The notes below the pieces were generated by a model. The model saw only the letters and a program-made list of their open reading frames with translations, was not told the DNA's origin and searched no databases. DNA of 64,000 bases. Origin: Bdellovibrionales bacterium. GTDB taxonomy: Bacteria; Bdellovibrionota; Bdellovibrionia; Bdellovibrionales; UBA1609. Shown here piece after piece: positions 18,234 to 29,004 of this stretch (positions are counted from its first letter, which is position 1; every line of letters starts with the position of its first letter). Both the position numbers and the translations under genes were made by a program. Where the stretch lies: assembly GCA_965199825.1 (NCBI GenBank), contig OZ241329.1:1920001-1984000 (forward strand). Reading direction: 5' to 3'.

Positions 18234-19613
18234 ATGTCGAATGTAAAAACAATTCTTCCCTGGCTTGTCGCGGTTGCCTTTTTTATGGAGTCGCTCGACA
18301 CCACCATCTTAAACACCGCCATTCCAATGATTGCCGAAGCCTTGGGTGTGGCCCCTCTCAGCATGAAATCGGTTTTGAGCAGTTACACTTTAAGTCTTGC
18401 GGTTTTTATTCCTATTAGCAGTTGGGTGGCCGATCGCTTCGGGACTCGCCGGGTGTTTGCAAGTGCGATTGGTGTATTCACTCTGGGCTCGCTGCTATGT
18501 GGAATTTCAAATCAAATTCATGTTTTGGTTTTTTGTCGGGTTCTTCAAGGTATGGGTGGCGCAATGATGGTGCCCGTGGGTCGCCTCACTTTGGTAAGAA
18601 CATTTAAAAAATCAGAATTGGTGCGCGCGATGAGTTTTGTTGCGATTCCGGCTCTGATTGGACCGATGCTTGGTCCATTGATTGGTGGATTTATTGTGGG
18701 CTTTGCACACTGGCGCATGATTTTTTTCGTCAATATTCCAATTGGGCTCTTAGGACTTTATTTGGTCCACAAACATTTACCCGATTATCATGAACCCACC
18801 GGTCCTTTGGACGTCATAGGTCTTATTTTGTTTGGTTCGGGAGTTGCGCTATTGAGCTATGTGCTCGAAGTTTTTGGTGAGCACAGCTTAACATCGGTGG
18901 AGATTGGCGGATTGTTTGGTCTCGCGGTTATTCTTTTGCTCGGCTACATTTTTCATGCACGTAAAATGACCAATCCTTTGTTGCAGTTAAAACTTTTTAA
19001 AATACGAACTCTCAAAGTTTCGGTTATAGGAAATTTTATTACCCGACTCGGTGTGGGCGGCTTGCCCTTTTTATTGCCGCTGCTTTATCAGATTGGACTT
19101 GGATTTACACCCATCCAGTCGGGTCTTTTGATCATGCCCCAATCGATTGCGGCATTGAGTTTAAAAATGATGATGCCAAAAATTCTTTTTCGTTTTGGAT
19201 ACCGCACGGTGCTTGTTGTAAATACCATTTTTCTAGGAGGAACAATCGCGTTGTTCTCGCTGATCGATGCAGAAATTTCGATCAGTCTGATTGTGCTCAT
19301 TGCATGTCTCTATGGATTTTTATCATCGCTGCAGTACACGAGCATGAACACCTTGGTCTATGCCGATATTGATCAAAACCAAACCAGTATGGCGAGTACG
19401 ATCGTAAGTACAGTGCAACAGATGTCGATTAGCTTTGGAGTCGCTACCGCATCTCTTGTTACCGCTTTTTTTATCCCAAAGAATATTGCACTCATTGTAG
19501 GTCTTCACCGTGCGTTTTTATTTCTTGGAGTGCTGACCGCTTTATCGGCCTTGGTGTTTTATCAACTCGAAAATAATGATGGCGAAAGTGTGAGCCTCCA
19601 CAAGATCACTTAG
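18234..19613 (+). CDS. MFS DHA2 (EmrB/QacA) efflux transporter
   Basis: FMESLDTTILNTAIP, WVADRFGTRR, RVLQGMGGAMMVP, WRMIFFVNIPIG; many TM helices. Confidence 0.92.
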   Translation: MSNVKTILPWLVAVAFFMESLDTTILNTAIPMIAEALGVAPLSMKSVLSSYTLSLAVFIPISSWVADRFGTRRVFASAIGVFTLGSLLCGISNQIHVLVFCRVLQGMGGAMMVPVGRLTLVRTFKKSELVRAMSFVAIPALIGPMLGPLIGGFIVGFAHWRMIFFVNIPIGLLGLYLVHKHLPDYHEPTGPLDVIGLILFGSGVALLSYVLEVFGEHSLTSVEIGGLFGLAVILLLGYIFHARKMTNPLLQLKLFKIRTLKVSVIGNFITRLGVGGLPFLLPLLYQIGLGFTPIQSGLLIMPQSIAALSLKMMMPKILFRFGYRTVLVVNTIFLGGTIALFSLIDAEISISLIVLIACLYGFLSSLQYTSMNTLVYADIDQNQTSMASTIVSTVQQMSISFGVATASLVTAFFIPKNIALIVGLHRAFLFLGVLTALSALVFYQLENNDGESVSLHKIT

Positions 19614-20394
19614 GTCGCAAGTCGATTAATTTTCTGGCCATATCTCTTAAGGCCACAGCCTCGCCACTTTCAGGATCTGAATCGATAAATGGAATTCCAG
19701 CCTCACAGGCAACCCCAATCTGAGGATCAAATCCCAACCGCGCTAATTTTTCGATATGATGTGCACGAAGGTAGGTATCCAGCTCGCCACGCGGAAAAAG
19801 ATCGGTTTGTTCTAATGAGCCGGGGGCTTGAAAGTACGCCATGTTTTCGATCACACCAAGTAGCGGAACATTGATGCGTTCAAACATGTCGATCGCTTTT
19901 TTGCAGTCAGCAAGAGCGATATTTTGGGGAGTGCACACCACGATTGCACCGGTGACAGGAACTTTTTGGGCAATGGTTAAGGCCACATCTCCGGTTCCAG
20001 GTGGTAAGTCGATCACCAAATCGTCGAGCTCACCCCAATCGACATCACGAAAAAATTGTTCGATCGCCTTAAAGAGCATTGGACCGCGCCAGACCACAGC
20101 ACTCGCCTCATCGATTAAAAAACCAATGCTCATCAATTTCATGCTGAACTTTTTGAGAGGTTGAATTTTTCCTTGAGGACTCACTTCAGGTTTAAGGTGT
20201 TGTGTCCCAGTCATTCGCGGGATGCTTGGTCCATAGATGTCGGCATCAAGAAGTCCCACCGATCGTCCAAGATTTTTTAGACTGAAGGCAAGATTGAGAG
20301 CGAGAGTACTTTTCCCGACGCCACCTTTACCGCTCCCGACCAAAAAAATATTTTTTACTCCAGCGATGGGAGCTTGATTCGTAAAAGGATTCAA
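19606..20394 (-). CDS. mrp: Mrp/ApbC (NBP35) P-loop ATPase
   Basis: GSGKGGVGKST, DADIYGPS, WRGPM, DLPPGTGD, ENM. TTG start at 20394 after AAGGAG. Confidence 0.9.
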   Translation of the reverse strand: MNPFTNQAPIAGVKNIFLVGSGKGGVGKSTLALNLAFSLKNLGRSVGLLDADIYGPSIPRMTGTQHLKPEVSPQGKIQPLKKFSMKLMSIGFLIDEASAVVWRGPMLFKAIEQFFRDVDWGELDDLVIDLPPGTGDVALTIAQKVPVTGAIVVCTPQNIALADCKKAIDMFERINVPLLGVIENMAYFQAPGSLEQTDLFPRGELDTYLRAHHIEKLARLGFDPQIGVACEAGIPFIDSDPESGEAVALRDMARKLIDLRPK

Positions 20395-20453
20395 AGTGCA
20401 TTTCTCCTTCAATTGAACTAGTCTTTTGACAGGAAACGTCAAAAAATACAAAA

Positions 20454-20783
20454 GTGAATATCAAAGAATATTTAATACTGAATGGTTTTGTTGTGGTGGG
20501 AGCTATTTTTTATCTTTTAAAAAAAAGAGCCGCACCCGTTTCAAGATTTCGATCAAGTCGTCCCCAGTCTCAAATTATGTTTAACTATAATGGCCACACT
20601 TGGGAAGCCTATGAAACTTTAGGGCTTCCTCCAGGAGCAAGTTTTGAGGCCGCTCAAAAGGCATTCGAAGAGATCGCGGCACAAAGCGATCAAGAATCGA
20701 TTGCTTTTTTGGTAGCGGCTATCGAAGCTATCCGTGAGGGTGTGGCGGTTCAACGGAGATCTCATGACAGTTCATCATCTTAA
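20454..20783 (+). CDS. Membrane-anchored protein with degenerate J-domain-like helix
   Basis: N-terminal [14 protein letters not shown]; no HPD motif. Confidence 0.6.
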   Translation: MNIKEYLILNGFVVVGAIFYLLKKRAAPVSRFRSSRPQSQIMFNYNGHTWEAYETLGLPPGASFEAAQKAFEEIAAQSDQESIAFLVAAIEAIREGVAVQRRSHDSSSS

Positions 20784-22089
20784 AGATTTGCAAACCCTCG
20801 TCTCGCTTGCAAAGCGGCGTGGTTTTGTTTTTCAAAGTTCTGAAATTTATGGCGGCCTGAATTCCTGTTGGGATTATGGTCCCTTGGGTTCGCAATTTAA
20901 AATGTCGGTGAAGCTGGCGTGGTGGAATGCGATGACTCGCCGGCAAGATATTGTTGGGCTTGATGCCGCAATCCTTATGCATCCCACCGTTTGGAAGGCC
21001 TCGGGCCATATCGAGGGTTTTACCGATCCAATGGTGGATTGCAAAAACTGTAAAAATCGATTTCGTCCTGATGAGGAAGGGACGGTATGTCCTCGTTGTG
21101 GATCAAAAGATGTCACCGAAGCCCGTAATTTTAATTTGATGTTTAAGACCCATATGGGTCCATTAGAAGAAGAGGCCTCGCTCGTTTATCTCAGGCCTGA
21201 GACGGCTCAAGGTATTTTTGTCAATTTTGAAAATGTGCAGACATCGACTCGCAAAAAAATTCCATTTGGAATTGCCCAAATCGGTAAATCTTTTCGTAAT
21301 GAAATCACTCCTGGAAATTTTATTTTTCGCACTCGTGAGTTTGAACAGATGGAGATGCAATACTTTGTAAAACCCGGAACCGATATGGAGTGGTTTGAAA
21401 AGTGGAAGCAAGCGCGGTGGGATTTTTATCTCAACTCTGGTATTTCAAAATCTAAAATCCGATTTCATCAGCATGAGCCCAATAAGCTCGCCCACTATGC
21501 AAGAGCCGCCTTTGATGTGCAGTATGAGTTTCCATTTGGCTGGCAAGAGCTTGAAGGCATTCATAATCGGGGTGATTTTGATTTAAGCCAACACCAAAAA
21601 TTTTCGGGCAAAAAACTCGAATACTTTGAAGAGGCCACAAAGGAAAAATATATTCCCTTTGTGATCGAAACCGCGGTGGGTTGCGACCGTTTGGCCCTTG
21701 CTCTGTTGTGTGATGCCTATCGCGAAGAGCACACCACCACCGAAAAAGGCGAAAATGATGTGCGTGTAGTACTCGGATTAAAACCCGAATTTGCACCCTA
21801 CAAAGCAGCACTTTTGCCGCTCTCAAAAAAAGAGCCCTTAATCGCCACCGCCAATCAAATCCGCGATGAGCTTTCGAAATCTTTTTCAACCGATTATGAC
21901 GAGACCGCGAGTATCGGCAAGCGCTACCGCAGGCAAGATGAGATCGGCACACCGTTTTGTATCACGGTTGATTTTGAAACTGCGAATGATCAAAAAGTGA
22001 CGGTTCGCCATCGCGATACCATGAAGCAAGAGCGAGTGGCTATCGACTCCATTAAGACTTATCTGACAGAAAACTTTAAGTTTATTTAA
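20764..22089 (+). CDS. glyQS: Glycine--tRNA ligase (alpha2 type)
   Basis: [49 protein letters not shown]. Confidence 0.97.
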   Translation: MTVHHLKDLQTLVSLAKRRGFVFQSSEIYGGLNSCWDYGPLGSQFKMSVKLAWWNAMTRRQDIVGLDAAILMHPTVWKASGHIEGFTDPMVDCKNCKNRFRPDEEGTVCPRCGSKDVTEARNFNLMFKTHMGPLEEEASLVYLRPETAQGIFVNFENVQTSTRKKIPFGIAQIGKSFRNEITPGNFIFRTREFEQMEMQYFVKPGTDMEWFEKWKQARWDFYLNSGISKSKIRFHQHEPNKLAHYARAAFDVQYEFPFGWQELEGIHNRGDFDLSQHQKFSGKKLEYFEEATKEKYIPFVIETAVGCDRLALALLCDAYREEHTTTEKGENDVRVVLGLKPEFAPYKAALLPLSKKEPLIATANQIRDELSKSFSTDYDETASIGKRYRRQDEIGTPFCITVDFETANDQKVTVRHRDTMKQERVAIDSIKTYLTENFKFI

Positions 22090-22105
22090 TTGAAGAGGTT
22101 CTAAA

Positions 22106-24766
22106 ATGGAAGGCGAGATCGTGCATCTTAAAAAGAGCAAGCCGGTTTATTTTTTCGCAAAGGGAGAGGCCGAAGGGGATACTTCGATGCGAAATATCCT
22201 TGGCGGAAAAGGCTCAAACCTTGCCGAGATGACCGCACTCGGTCTGCCGGTTCCTCCTGGATTTACGATCTCAACCGAGATGTGTCAGGAATTTTATGAT
22301 CAAGGCGAAACGCTCTCGCAAGATTTAAAAAACGCGGTATTGAGTGCGCTCAATCGGGTTGAAAAAAATATTTCAAAGCAGTTTGGTTCGGCTACTAATC
22401 CACTGTTGGTGTCGGTGCGATCGGGTGCTCGGGTGAGCATGCCCGGGATGATGGACACAATTTTAAATCTTGGTTTGAATGACCAGACCGTTGTGGGGCT
22501 TGCAGCAAAATCGGGAAGCGAGCGCTTTGCCTATGATTCTTACCGCCGATTTATACAGATGTATGCGGATGTGGTGCTCGGCATGAACGCTTCACTGCTT
22601 GATGTCACACTCGAAGATCTTAAAGACCGCCAAAAAATAAAAAACGATACAGATCTTTCTGCGGATGACCTAAAAATTTTGGTCAAAAAATTTAAACTTC
22701 AGGTGATTGAATCGACCGGCCATGCTTTTCCAAGTGATCCATTTGAACAACTCTGGGGATCGATACAAGCGGTCTTTCGGAGTTGGAATACGCCGCGCGC
22801 CCAAACGTATCGTCAGCTTCACGGCTACTCAAGCGCATGGGGAACTGCGGTGAATATTCAGTCGATGGTGTTTGGAAATTTAGGCGAAGACTCGGCAACC
22901 GGTGTGGCGTTCACACGCAATCCTTCGAATGGCAAAAATGAATTCTACGGCGAGTATTTGGTGAATGCTCAAGGTGAGGATGTGGTGGCGGGCATTCGCA
23001 CGCCCTTGGCCTTAACCAAAGCCGGAGGTCAAAACTCACTCGAAGAGGTGATGCCAAAAGCATTTCAAGATCTAAAAGTTGTTTATCAAAAATTAGAAAA
23101 ACATTATCGCGATATGCAAGATATTGAGTTCACAATTGAGGCTGGCAAATTGTGGATGCTCCAAACTCGCAGCGGCAAGCGCACTGCTCAAGCCGCACTC
23201 CGTATTGCTTGCGAGATGATCGATGAAAAATTGATTTCTGAAAAAGAAGCAATTTTAAGAATCGATCCCCAATCGCTGGATCAACTGCTTCATCCAACCC
23301 TTGATCCGGATGCCAAAAAAACCATTCTTGCCAAGGGTCTTCCGGCATCACCTGGAGGGGCTACCGGAGTGATTGTATTTAGTAGCGAAGAGGCCTCACG
23401 CCTTAAAGACAAAAAAACAATTTTGGTCCGCATCGAAACCTCACCTGAAGATATTGAGGGCATGATTTGCTCCCAAGGAATTTTGACCTCTCGAGGTGGA
23501 ATGACTTCTCATGCGGCGGTGGTAGCTCGCGGTATGGGCAAGTGTTGCGTTGCGGGTTGTGGCGATCTTGAAATTGATATGCAAAAAAAAATTGTCAGAA
23601 TTAACGGCTATGTTTTAAAAGAGGGCGAAGAGCTCACGCTTGACGGCTCAACTGGCGAAGTTTTTTTAGGCGCAGTCCAAACTGTTAATCCAAAATTAGA
23701 TCAGTATTTTGAGCGCATCATGAAAATTTCTGATCAGCACCGCAGGCTCAAGGTGAGGGCAAACGCAGATACGCCTGAGGATGCCAAGATCGCCAAGCAG
23801 TTTGGGGCTGAAGGAATCGGACTTTGTCGAACTGAGCATATGTTTTTTGCAAGCGACCGCATCGATGTGATGCGCCAAATGATCATGGCCGAAACTCGCG
23901 AAGAGCGAATTGAATTCTTAAACCAATTGCTCAAAATGCAGCGAGAGGATTTTGTTGGTTTATTTCAGGCCATGAATGGACATCCTGTGACCATTCGGTT
24001 TTTGGATCCCCCCTTGCATGAATTTTTACCGCACTCAAAAACCGAAATAAAAGAATTCAGTGAGCGACTGGGTTTGAATGCAGAGCGGGTAGAACAAAAA
24101 GTAAAAAACCTTCACGAGTTTAATCCGATGTTGGGGCATCGGGGGTGTCGACTAGCAGTCACCTATCCAGAAATTTATCAGATGCAAGCCCGAGCGGTTG
24201 CCGAGGCGGTGATCGAAATGGCAAAACAAAACCAACAGGTCACTCCTGAAATCATGATTCCCTTAGTGATGGATTTTAAAGAACTTAAAACTTTAAGAGA
24301 GCTTGTGATCAATGAAATTGAAAATGTGTCATCAAAAATAAAATTAATGGTGGGAACAATGATCGAGATCCCACGTGCGGCTTTGACTGCAGATTTGATT
24401 TCACAACATGCCGAATTTTTTAGTTTTGGTACAAATGATTTGACCCAAACCACACTTGGACTTTCACGTGATGATTCCTCGCGGTTTTTAAGTACGTATG
24501 TGAGCGAAGGTTTGCTGTCTCATGATCCCTTCCAGTCCTTGGACCAGGAGGGTGTGGGTGCTCTAATTAAAAAAGCAGTTGAATTAGGACAAAGAGCCAG
24601 GCCAGATATTAAGCTTGGGGTCTGTGGAGAGCATGGTGGTGATCCACTGAGTATTGAGTTCTTTCATCGGGTTGGGCTTCACTATGTGAGCTGCTCACCC
24701 TACCGAATACCGATTGCGCGACTCAGTGCTGCCCAGGCGGCATTAAAAGAAGGTAAAACAACTTGA
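22106..24766 (+). CDS. ppdK: Pyruvate, phosphate dikinase
   Basis: GGKGSNLAEM, SVRSGARVSMPGMMDT, GGMTSHAAVVAR, FSFGTNDLTQ, CGEHGGDP. Confidence 0.97.
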   Translation: MEGEIVHLKKSKPVYFFAKGEAEGDTSMRNILGGKGSNLAEMTALGLPVPPGFTISTEMCQEFYDQGETLSQDLKNAVLSALNRVEKNISKQFGSATNPLLVSVRSGARVSMPGMMDTILNLGLNDQTVVGLAAKSGSERFAYDSYRRFIQMYADVVLGMNASLLDVTLEDLKDRQKIKNDTDLSADDLKILVKKFKLQVIESTGHAFPSDPFEQLWGSIQAVFRSWNTPRAQTYRQLHGYSSAWGTAVNIQSMVFGNLGEDSATGVAFTRNPSNGKNEFYGEYLVNAQGEDVVAGIRTPLALTKAGGQNSLEEVMPKAFQDLKVVYQKLEKHYRDMQDIEFTIEAGKLWMLQTRSGKRTAQAALRIACEMIDEKLISEKEAILRIDPQSLDQLLHPTLDPDAKKTILAKGLPASPGGATGVIVFSSEEASRLKDKKTILVRIETSPEDIEGMICSQGILTSRGGMTSHAAVVARGMGKCCVAGCGDLEIDMQKKIVRINGYVLKEGEELTLDGSTGEVFLGAVQTVNPKLDQYFERIMKISDQHRRLKVRANADTPEDAKIAKQFGAEGIGLCRTEHMFFASDRIDVMRQMIMAETREERIEFLNQLLKMQREDFVGLFQAMNGHPVTIRFLDPPLHEFLPHSKTEIKEFSERLGLNAERVEQKVKNLHEFNPMLGHRGCRLAVTYPEIYQMQARAVAEAVIEMAKQNQQVTPEIMIPLVMDFKELKTLRELVINEIENVSSKIKLMVGTMIEIPRAALTADLISQHAEFFSFGTNDLTQTTLGLSRDDSSRFLSTYVSEGLLSHDPFQSLDQEGVGALIKKAVELGQRARPDIKLGVCGEHGGDPLSIEFFHRVGLHYVSCSPYRIPIARLSAAQAALKEGKTT

Positions 24767-27700
24767 GAATTAAAAAATTAGAGATCATTGGCTTTAAATC
24801 TTTCAAAGATAAAACCGTTATTCAATTTGATCATGGCATCACCGGAATAGTTGGGCCAAACGGTTGCGGAAAATCAAATATCGTTGATGCCCTGGTTTGG
24901 GTCATGGGTGAGATGTCGGCAAAACATCTTCGCGGATCTTCAATGGAAGACGTGATCTTTGCTGGTGCCGAAAATTATGCGCCCATGGGGATGTGCGAGG
25001 TTTCACTCACCCTTGAAAATGATGGAGGAGCTTTTCCGGCTAAATATTTAAGATTTACCGAAATTATGCTGACCCGAAAACTTCATCGTTCGGGTGAAAG
25101 TGAATACTTCGTTAATAAAGAACCTGCCCGCCTCAAAGACATTCAAGAGGTTTTTATGGATACTGGTGCGGGATCAAAAGGGTTTTCGATTATCGAGCAA
25201 GGTGCAATTGGTAAGATCATTACCGCCAAACCCGAAGATCGCCGCACCTTGATTGAAGAAGCTGCAGGGATCACAAAGTTTAAGGCGCGCAAACGTGAGT
25301 CTCAGCGAAAGCTCGAATCCACAGATCAAAATTTGGTGCGCCTCCAAGATATTTTGGGTGAACAAAAACGCCAACTCGATAGTCTTGAAAGACAAAAGCA
25401 GAGAGCCGAGCGCTTCAGAACCTTGAGAACCCAAATCCAAGAAAAAGAAATTTTAAGCTCGTCAAAATCCTATCTGCTTTTAAAAGATGAAGTTGTTGAA
25501 CTCGAATCCAATTTACAACGCTTAATTGATAACGAAAATGAACTTTCGGTTTCACAAAACCAACGCGAAAACGAAATTCAGACTTTAAGGCTCGATGTTT
25601 TAGAACACGAAAAACAAGCCGATGAGCGAGGCTCCGCACAATCAATACTCCTAAACACGGTGCAGGGTTTAGAAAATGAGATTCGCGAACTCAAATTTGA
25701 AATGGAACAGGCCCGGCGCAATCGCGAAATGACGGGTAGTCTTTTAGGCCAATACGAGGCTCGCAAATTGGCTCTAGAAGAGGATCTCCGCCAAACCGAA
25801 GATCGATATCAATTGATTTCTGAGGAATTAAATTCAAGCCGCGCCTTGTTTGATGAGCGCAATCAAATATTGATCGAAGCACATTCAGAGATTCAGCATT
25901 TAGATCAAGATTTAACATTGAAGCGGCGAGAGATGATTGCTTTATCTCAAAGCGAATCTCAACTCGACGCGCGCTCACAGCTCCTCAGTGCCCAAACCGA
26001 AATGCAATCGGAGCAACTCGAATCCAATCTTAAAATTTCTGCAGAGTTGAGCGCACAAAAAGATGAATTCCATCAACGGCGCCATCGGATTTTTAATGAG
26101 CTCGAATCCGAGCGGCAAATGCAGCTCGATATCATGAGAGATGTCGAAAATTTCGAACAAAATTTAAATCTCTTAGAGCAACAATTGATGAGCCGCACTT
26201 CGGAGGTCGAAACCTTTAAAGATACATTAAACCAAGTGTGCTCAAGACTTTATGGACTTGAAAATTTGCAATCCAGTTTTGAAGGTTTTGAAGACGGTGT
26301 TAAAAACGTGATGCTCTGGCAGCGGTCCCGCGGCGAAAGCGAAATGAAGCCGATGGCTGAAGTTTTAGAAGTGCCGGAAGAATACGAGCTTGCGATGGAA
26401 GGGGCTCTTGGATCACGCCTGCAATTGTTATTGTCGCAAAAATCTGAGACCGCTCTTCATGCGGTGGATTATCTCAAAGAAAAAAAAATCGGTCGCTCAA
26501 GTTTTATTTCGCAAGATTTAAGTGGCGGAACTCAAAGCCTCTCGATGAGTGAAAATATCAAATCGGCTCACGGTGTGACCGCACTGCTTATGGATGTGGT
26601 CAAAGTTCCAGAAGCTTATGAAAGCCAGGTCAAAAGCTTTGTTCAAAATGTGGCGGTGGTCGATTCGATTCGATCGGCTCTCAATTTAAGAAGTCAGCAT
26701 CAAGGATGGACGTTTGTCACCATGGAGGGTGATGCTTTATCAAATGAAGGTGTGCTGACGGGCGGGACAGCTGAGTCGGCGAGCAGCGGGGTCATTCAAC
26801 GACGTCGTGAAATTAAAGAGCTCACCCTTAAGCGCAATGAAGCCGAGGGAAAATTAGCTTTAGCCCAAGCGGCACTCAAAAAACTTTCCGACCAAGTTCA
26901 AACCATGAGCGAAGAGCTTGAAAATTCCCGCAAAAAAAATAACGAAAAAGAAATCCGGGTGATGTCTTTACAAAAAGATTTAGACCGCGCCGAAAATGAA
27001 CTCCGCAATGCGACCGTGGCGGTTGAGCGATCAGAGGCCGAGATCAGCCGACTGACTGCCCAAAAAATGAAAACCGAAGATGATTTTGCCGAGCTCACCG
27101 AACGGCTTGAAGATATCCGAACCAAAAAGACGCTGTTTGAAACAGACACCCAAGATTTGGATATCCGACTTAAAGACTCTCGCTCTGGAATTGAGTCTCT
27201 TCAAACCGAGGTCACCGATTTAAAAGTGAAAGTTGCAAAACGAAATCAAGAACTCGAAGGTCTGCAACTGCAACTCGATATGCTTAATAAATCTTTTGGT
27301 GAAGTCACACATCAGCTTTCACAGATGTCTTCAGAAAGCCAAAAAAGCGGCGAGGTGCTTTCGACTCATCAGATTCTGATTGGCCAAAAGCAGGTGCAGC
27401 TCGAATCTAAAATTGTCGAAACCGATGCTGCCAAAAAACTTTTTAATCAGAGTCGTGATCTTTTCGAAACGACATCGGCAGATCTTCGTTCGCTCGAATC
27501 AGAGATGACCCATGCCATGATGAATCTCGGTGACACACGTTCGCAAAAAAATGACACCCAATTTAAACTCGAACAGTTAAAGATGAAAGAGCAGTATCTT
27601 GAGACCCAAATTCATGAGCGCTATATGATTCAGTTGTCTGATGTCGTAGAGCAGTATCGTGAGCAAGATGCAGATCTCGAAATTTTAGAGCAAGAGCTTC

Positions 27701-28344
27701 AAGATCTGAAAGCGCGCATCGCAAAAATTGGCGACGTTAATCTTTCGGCCATTCAGGAATACGATGAACTGCAAGTCCGATTCGATTTTTTAAATCAGCA
27801 GTATTCTGATTTGACCGAGAGCAAGGATCAGCTCCGAAAAGTGATCGACCGAATCAACCGCATTTGCTCGAAGCGATTTAAAGAAACATTTGAACTTGTG
27901 AATGAACGCTTTACAAGAGTGTTCCCGGTCTTGTTCGGCGGCGGCGAGGCCCGACTGCTGTTGATTGAGGACCCTGAAAAAGACGAGCTCGGAATCGACA
28001 TTGTTGCAAAACCCCCGGGTAAAAAACTTCAAAGCGTCTCGCTTTTGTCGGGTGGTGAAAAAGCGCTGACAGCGGTCTCGCTGATCTTTTCGATCTTTCT
28101 TGTAAAGCCTTCTCCATTTTGCTTGCTCGATGAGGTGGATGCCCCCTTAGACGATGCCAATGTGTCTCGATTTAATGATTTGGTTAAAGAGATGGCCAAA
28201 CGCTCTCAAATCATTGTGGTCACACACAATAAGCACACGATGAAGGTAAACAATATCCTCTACGGTGTAACTATGGAAGAAAAGGGTGTTTCCAAAATGG
28301 TATCAGTGAACCTCTCGCAGGCCGAAGAGGTTATTGCCAGTTAG
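24763..28344 (+). CDS. smc: Chromosome segregation protein SMC
   Basis: GFKSF, GPNGCGKSN, long coiled coils with hinge, LSGGEK, LDEVDAPLD. Confidence 0.97.
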   Translation: MRIKKLEIIGFKSFKDKTVIQFDHGITGIVGPNGCGKSNIVDALVWVMGEMSAKHLRGSSMEDVIFAGAENYAPMGMCEVSLTLENDGGAFPAKYLRFTEIMLTRKLHRSGESEYFVNKEPARLKDIQEVFMDTGAGSKGFSIIEQGAIGKIITAKPEDRRTLIEEAAGITKFKARKRESQRKLESTDQNLVRLQDILGEQKRQLDSLERQKQRAERFRTLRTQIQEKEILSSSKSYLLLKDEVVELESNLQRLIDNENELSVSQNQRENEIQTLRLDVLEHEKQADERGSAQSILLNTVQGLENEIRELKFEMEQARRNREMTGSLLGQYEARKLALEEDLRQTEDRYQLISEELNSSRALFDERNQILIEAHSEIQHLDQDLTLKRREMIALSQSESQLDARSQLLSAQTEMQSEQLESNLKISAELSAQKDEFHQRRHRIFNELESERQMQLDIMRDVENFEQNLNLLEQQLMSRTSEVETFKDTLNQVCSRLYGLENLQSSFEGFEDGVKNVMLWQRSRGESEMKPMAEVLEVPEEYELAMEGALGSRLQLLLSQKSETALHAVDYLKEKKIGRSSFISQDLSGGTQSLSMSENIKSAHGVTALLMDVVKVPEAYESQVKSFVQNVAVVDSIRSALNLRSQHQGWTFVTMEGDALSNEGVLTGGTAESASSGVIQRRREIKELTLKRNEAEGKLALAQAALKKLSDQVQTMSEELENSRKKNNEKEIRVMSLQKDLDRAENELRNATVAVERSEAEISRLTAQKMKTEDDFAELTERLEDIRTKKTLFETDTQDLDIRLKDSRSGIESLQTEVTDLKVKVAKRNQELEGLQLQLDMLNKSFGEVTHQLSQMSSESQKSGEVLSTHQILIGQKQVQLESKIVETDAAKKLFNQSRDLFETTSADLRSLESEMTHAMMNLGDTRSQKNDTQFKLEQLKMKEQYLETQIHERYMIQLSDVVEQYREQDADLEILEQELQDLKARIAKIGDVNLSAIQEYDELQVRFDFLNQQYSDLTESKDQLRKVIDRINRICSKRFKETFELVNERFTRVFPVLFGGGEARLLLIEDPEKDELGIDIVAKPPGKKLQSVSLLSGGEKALTAVSLIFSIFLVKPSPFCLLDEVDAPLDDANVSRFNDLVKEMAKRSQIIVVTHNKHTMKVNNILYGVTMEEKGVSKMVSVNLSQAEEVIAS

Positions 28345-28417
28345 GAAAATAAATTCAACAGCGAAGTCAAACAAAATTTGGATAGTGTGAGTTGTCAGAG
28401 TGTGCTAGATACACGCG

Positions 28418-28996
28418 ATGCGCGTTTTCTTTTTATTATTAATTTTGTCTTTGCCCTCATGGGCACAAAACAATTCCAATGAAACTAATATTTGCCAGTA
28501 TTTATTAAATAATAGTTTGCAGACGCGTGCGTATGCAATTGCCCGCCAACTCCAGCCCAAATTGATTCCAAACCGGCCGGTAATTCTTGAGTCCTATGTC
28601 AATCAGGTCGATCGGTTTTATAGATTGCAGGTCACCTACAGGCAGAGCGATGTAACAGAAGTATTTGATGTCTACACGCATGGGCCAACCTTAAAGTACG
28701 AACTGATAAAACCAGGGGACGAAAAAAAGATTCAAGAAATGGCAGAGGCCAAAAGTGATAACGAAACATTCTTGAGTCTTTTTAGAGACCGTGGACCTAC
28801 TCCCAAACTCCCTGAGGGTGCGGTGCTCTTGGATTGTTATGTGGCTGAGTTTTTGGGCGATCCACCGATCGGTGCAAAAAGATTCTCGATCAAGATTAGT
28901 TATCGTTATCGCATGCCTGATGGATCGATTCATCAAGACACCAGCTCGCCATTTAAGGTTGAGCGATCTGTTGACCAGACCGTTTTCGCCAAATAA
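28418..28996 (+). CDS. Hypothetical secreted protein
   Basis: Signal peptide (…PSWA), no recognisable domain; sits between smc and ftsY. Confidence 0.65.
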   Translation: MRVFFLLLILSLPSWAQNNSNETNICQYLLNNSLQTRAYAIARQLQPKLIPNRPVILESYVNQVDRFYRLQVTYRQSDVTEVFDVYTHGPTLKYELIKPGDEKKIQEMAEAKSDNETFLSLFRDRGPTPKLPEGAVLLDCYVAEFLGDPPIGAKRFSIKISYRYRMPDGSIHQDTSSPFKVERSVDQTVFAK

Positions 28997-29004
28997 AAAG
29001 TTTT

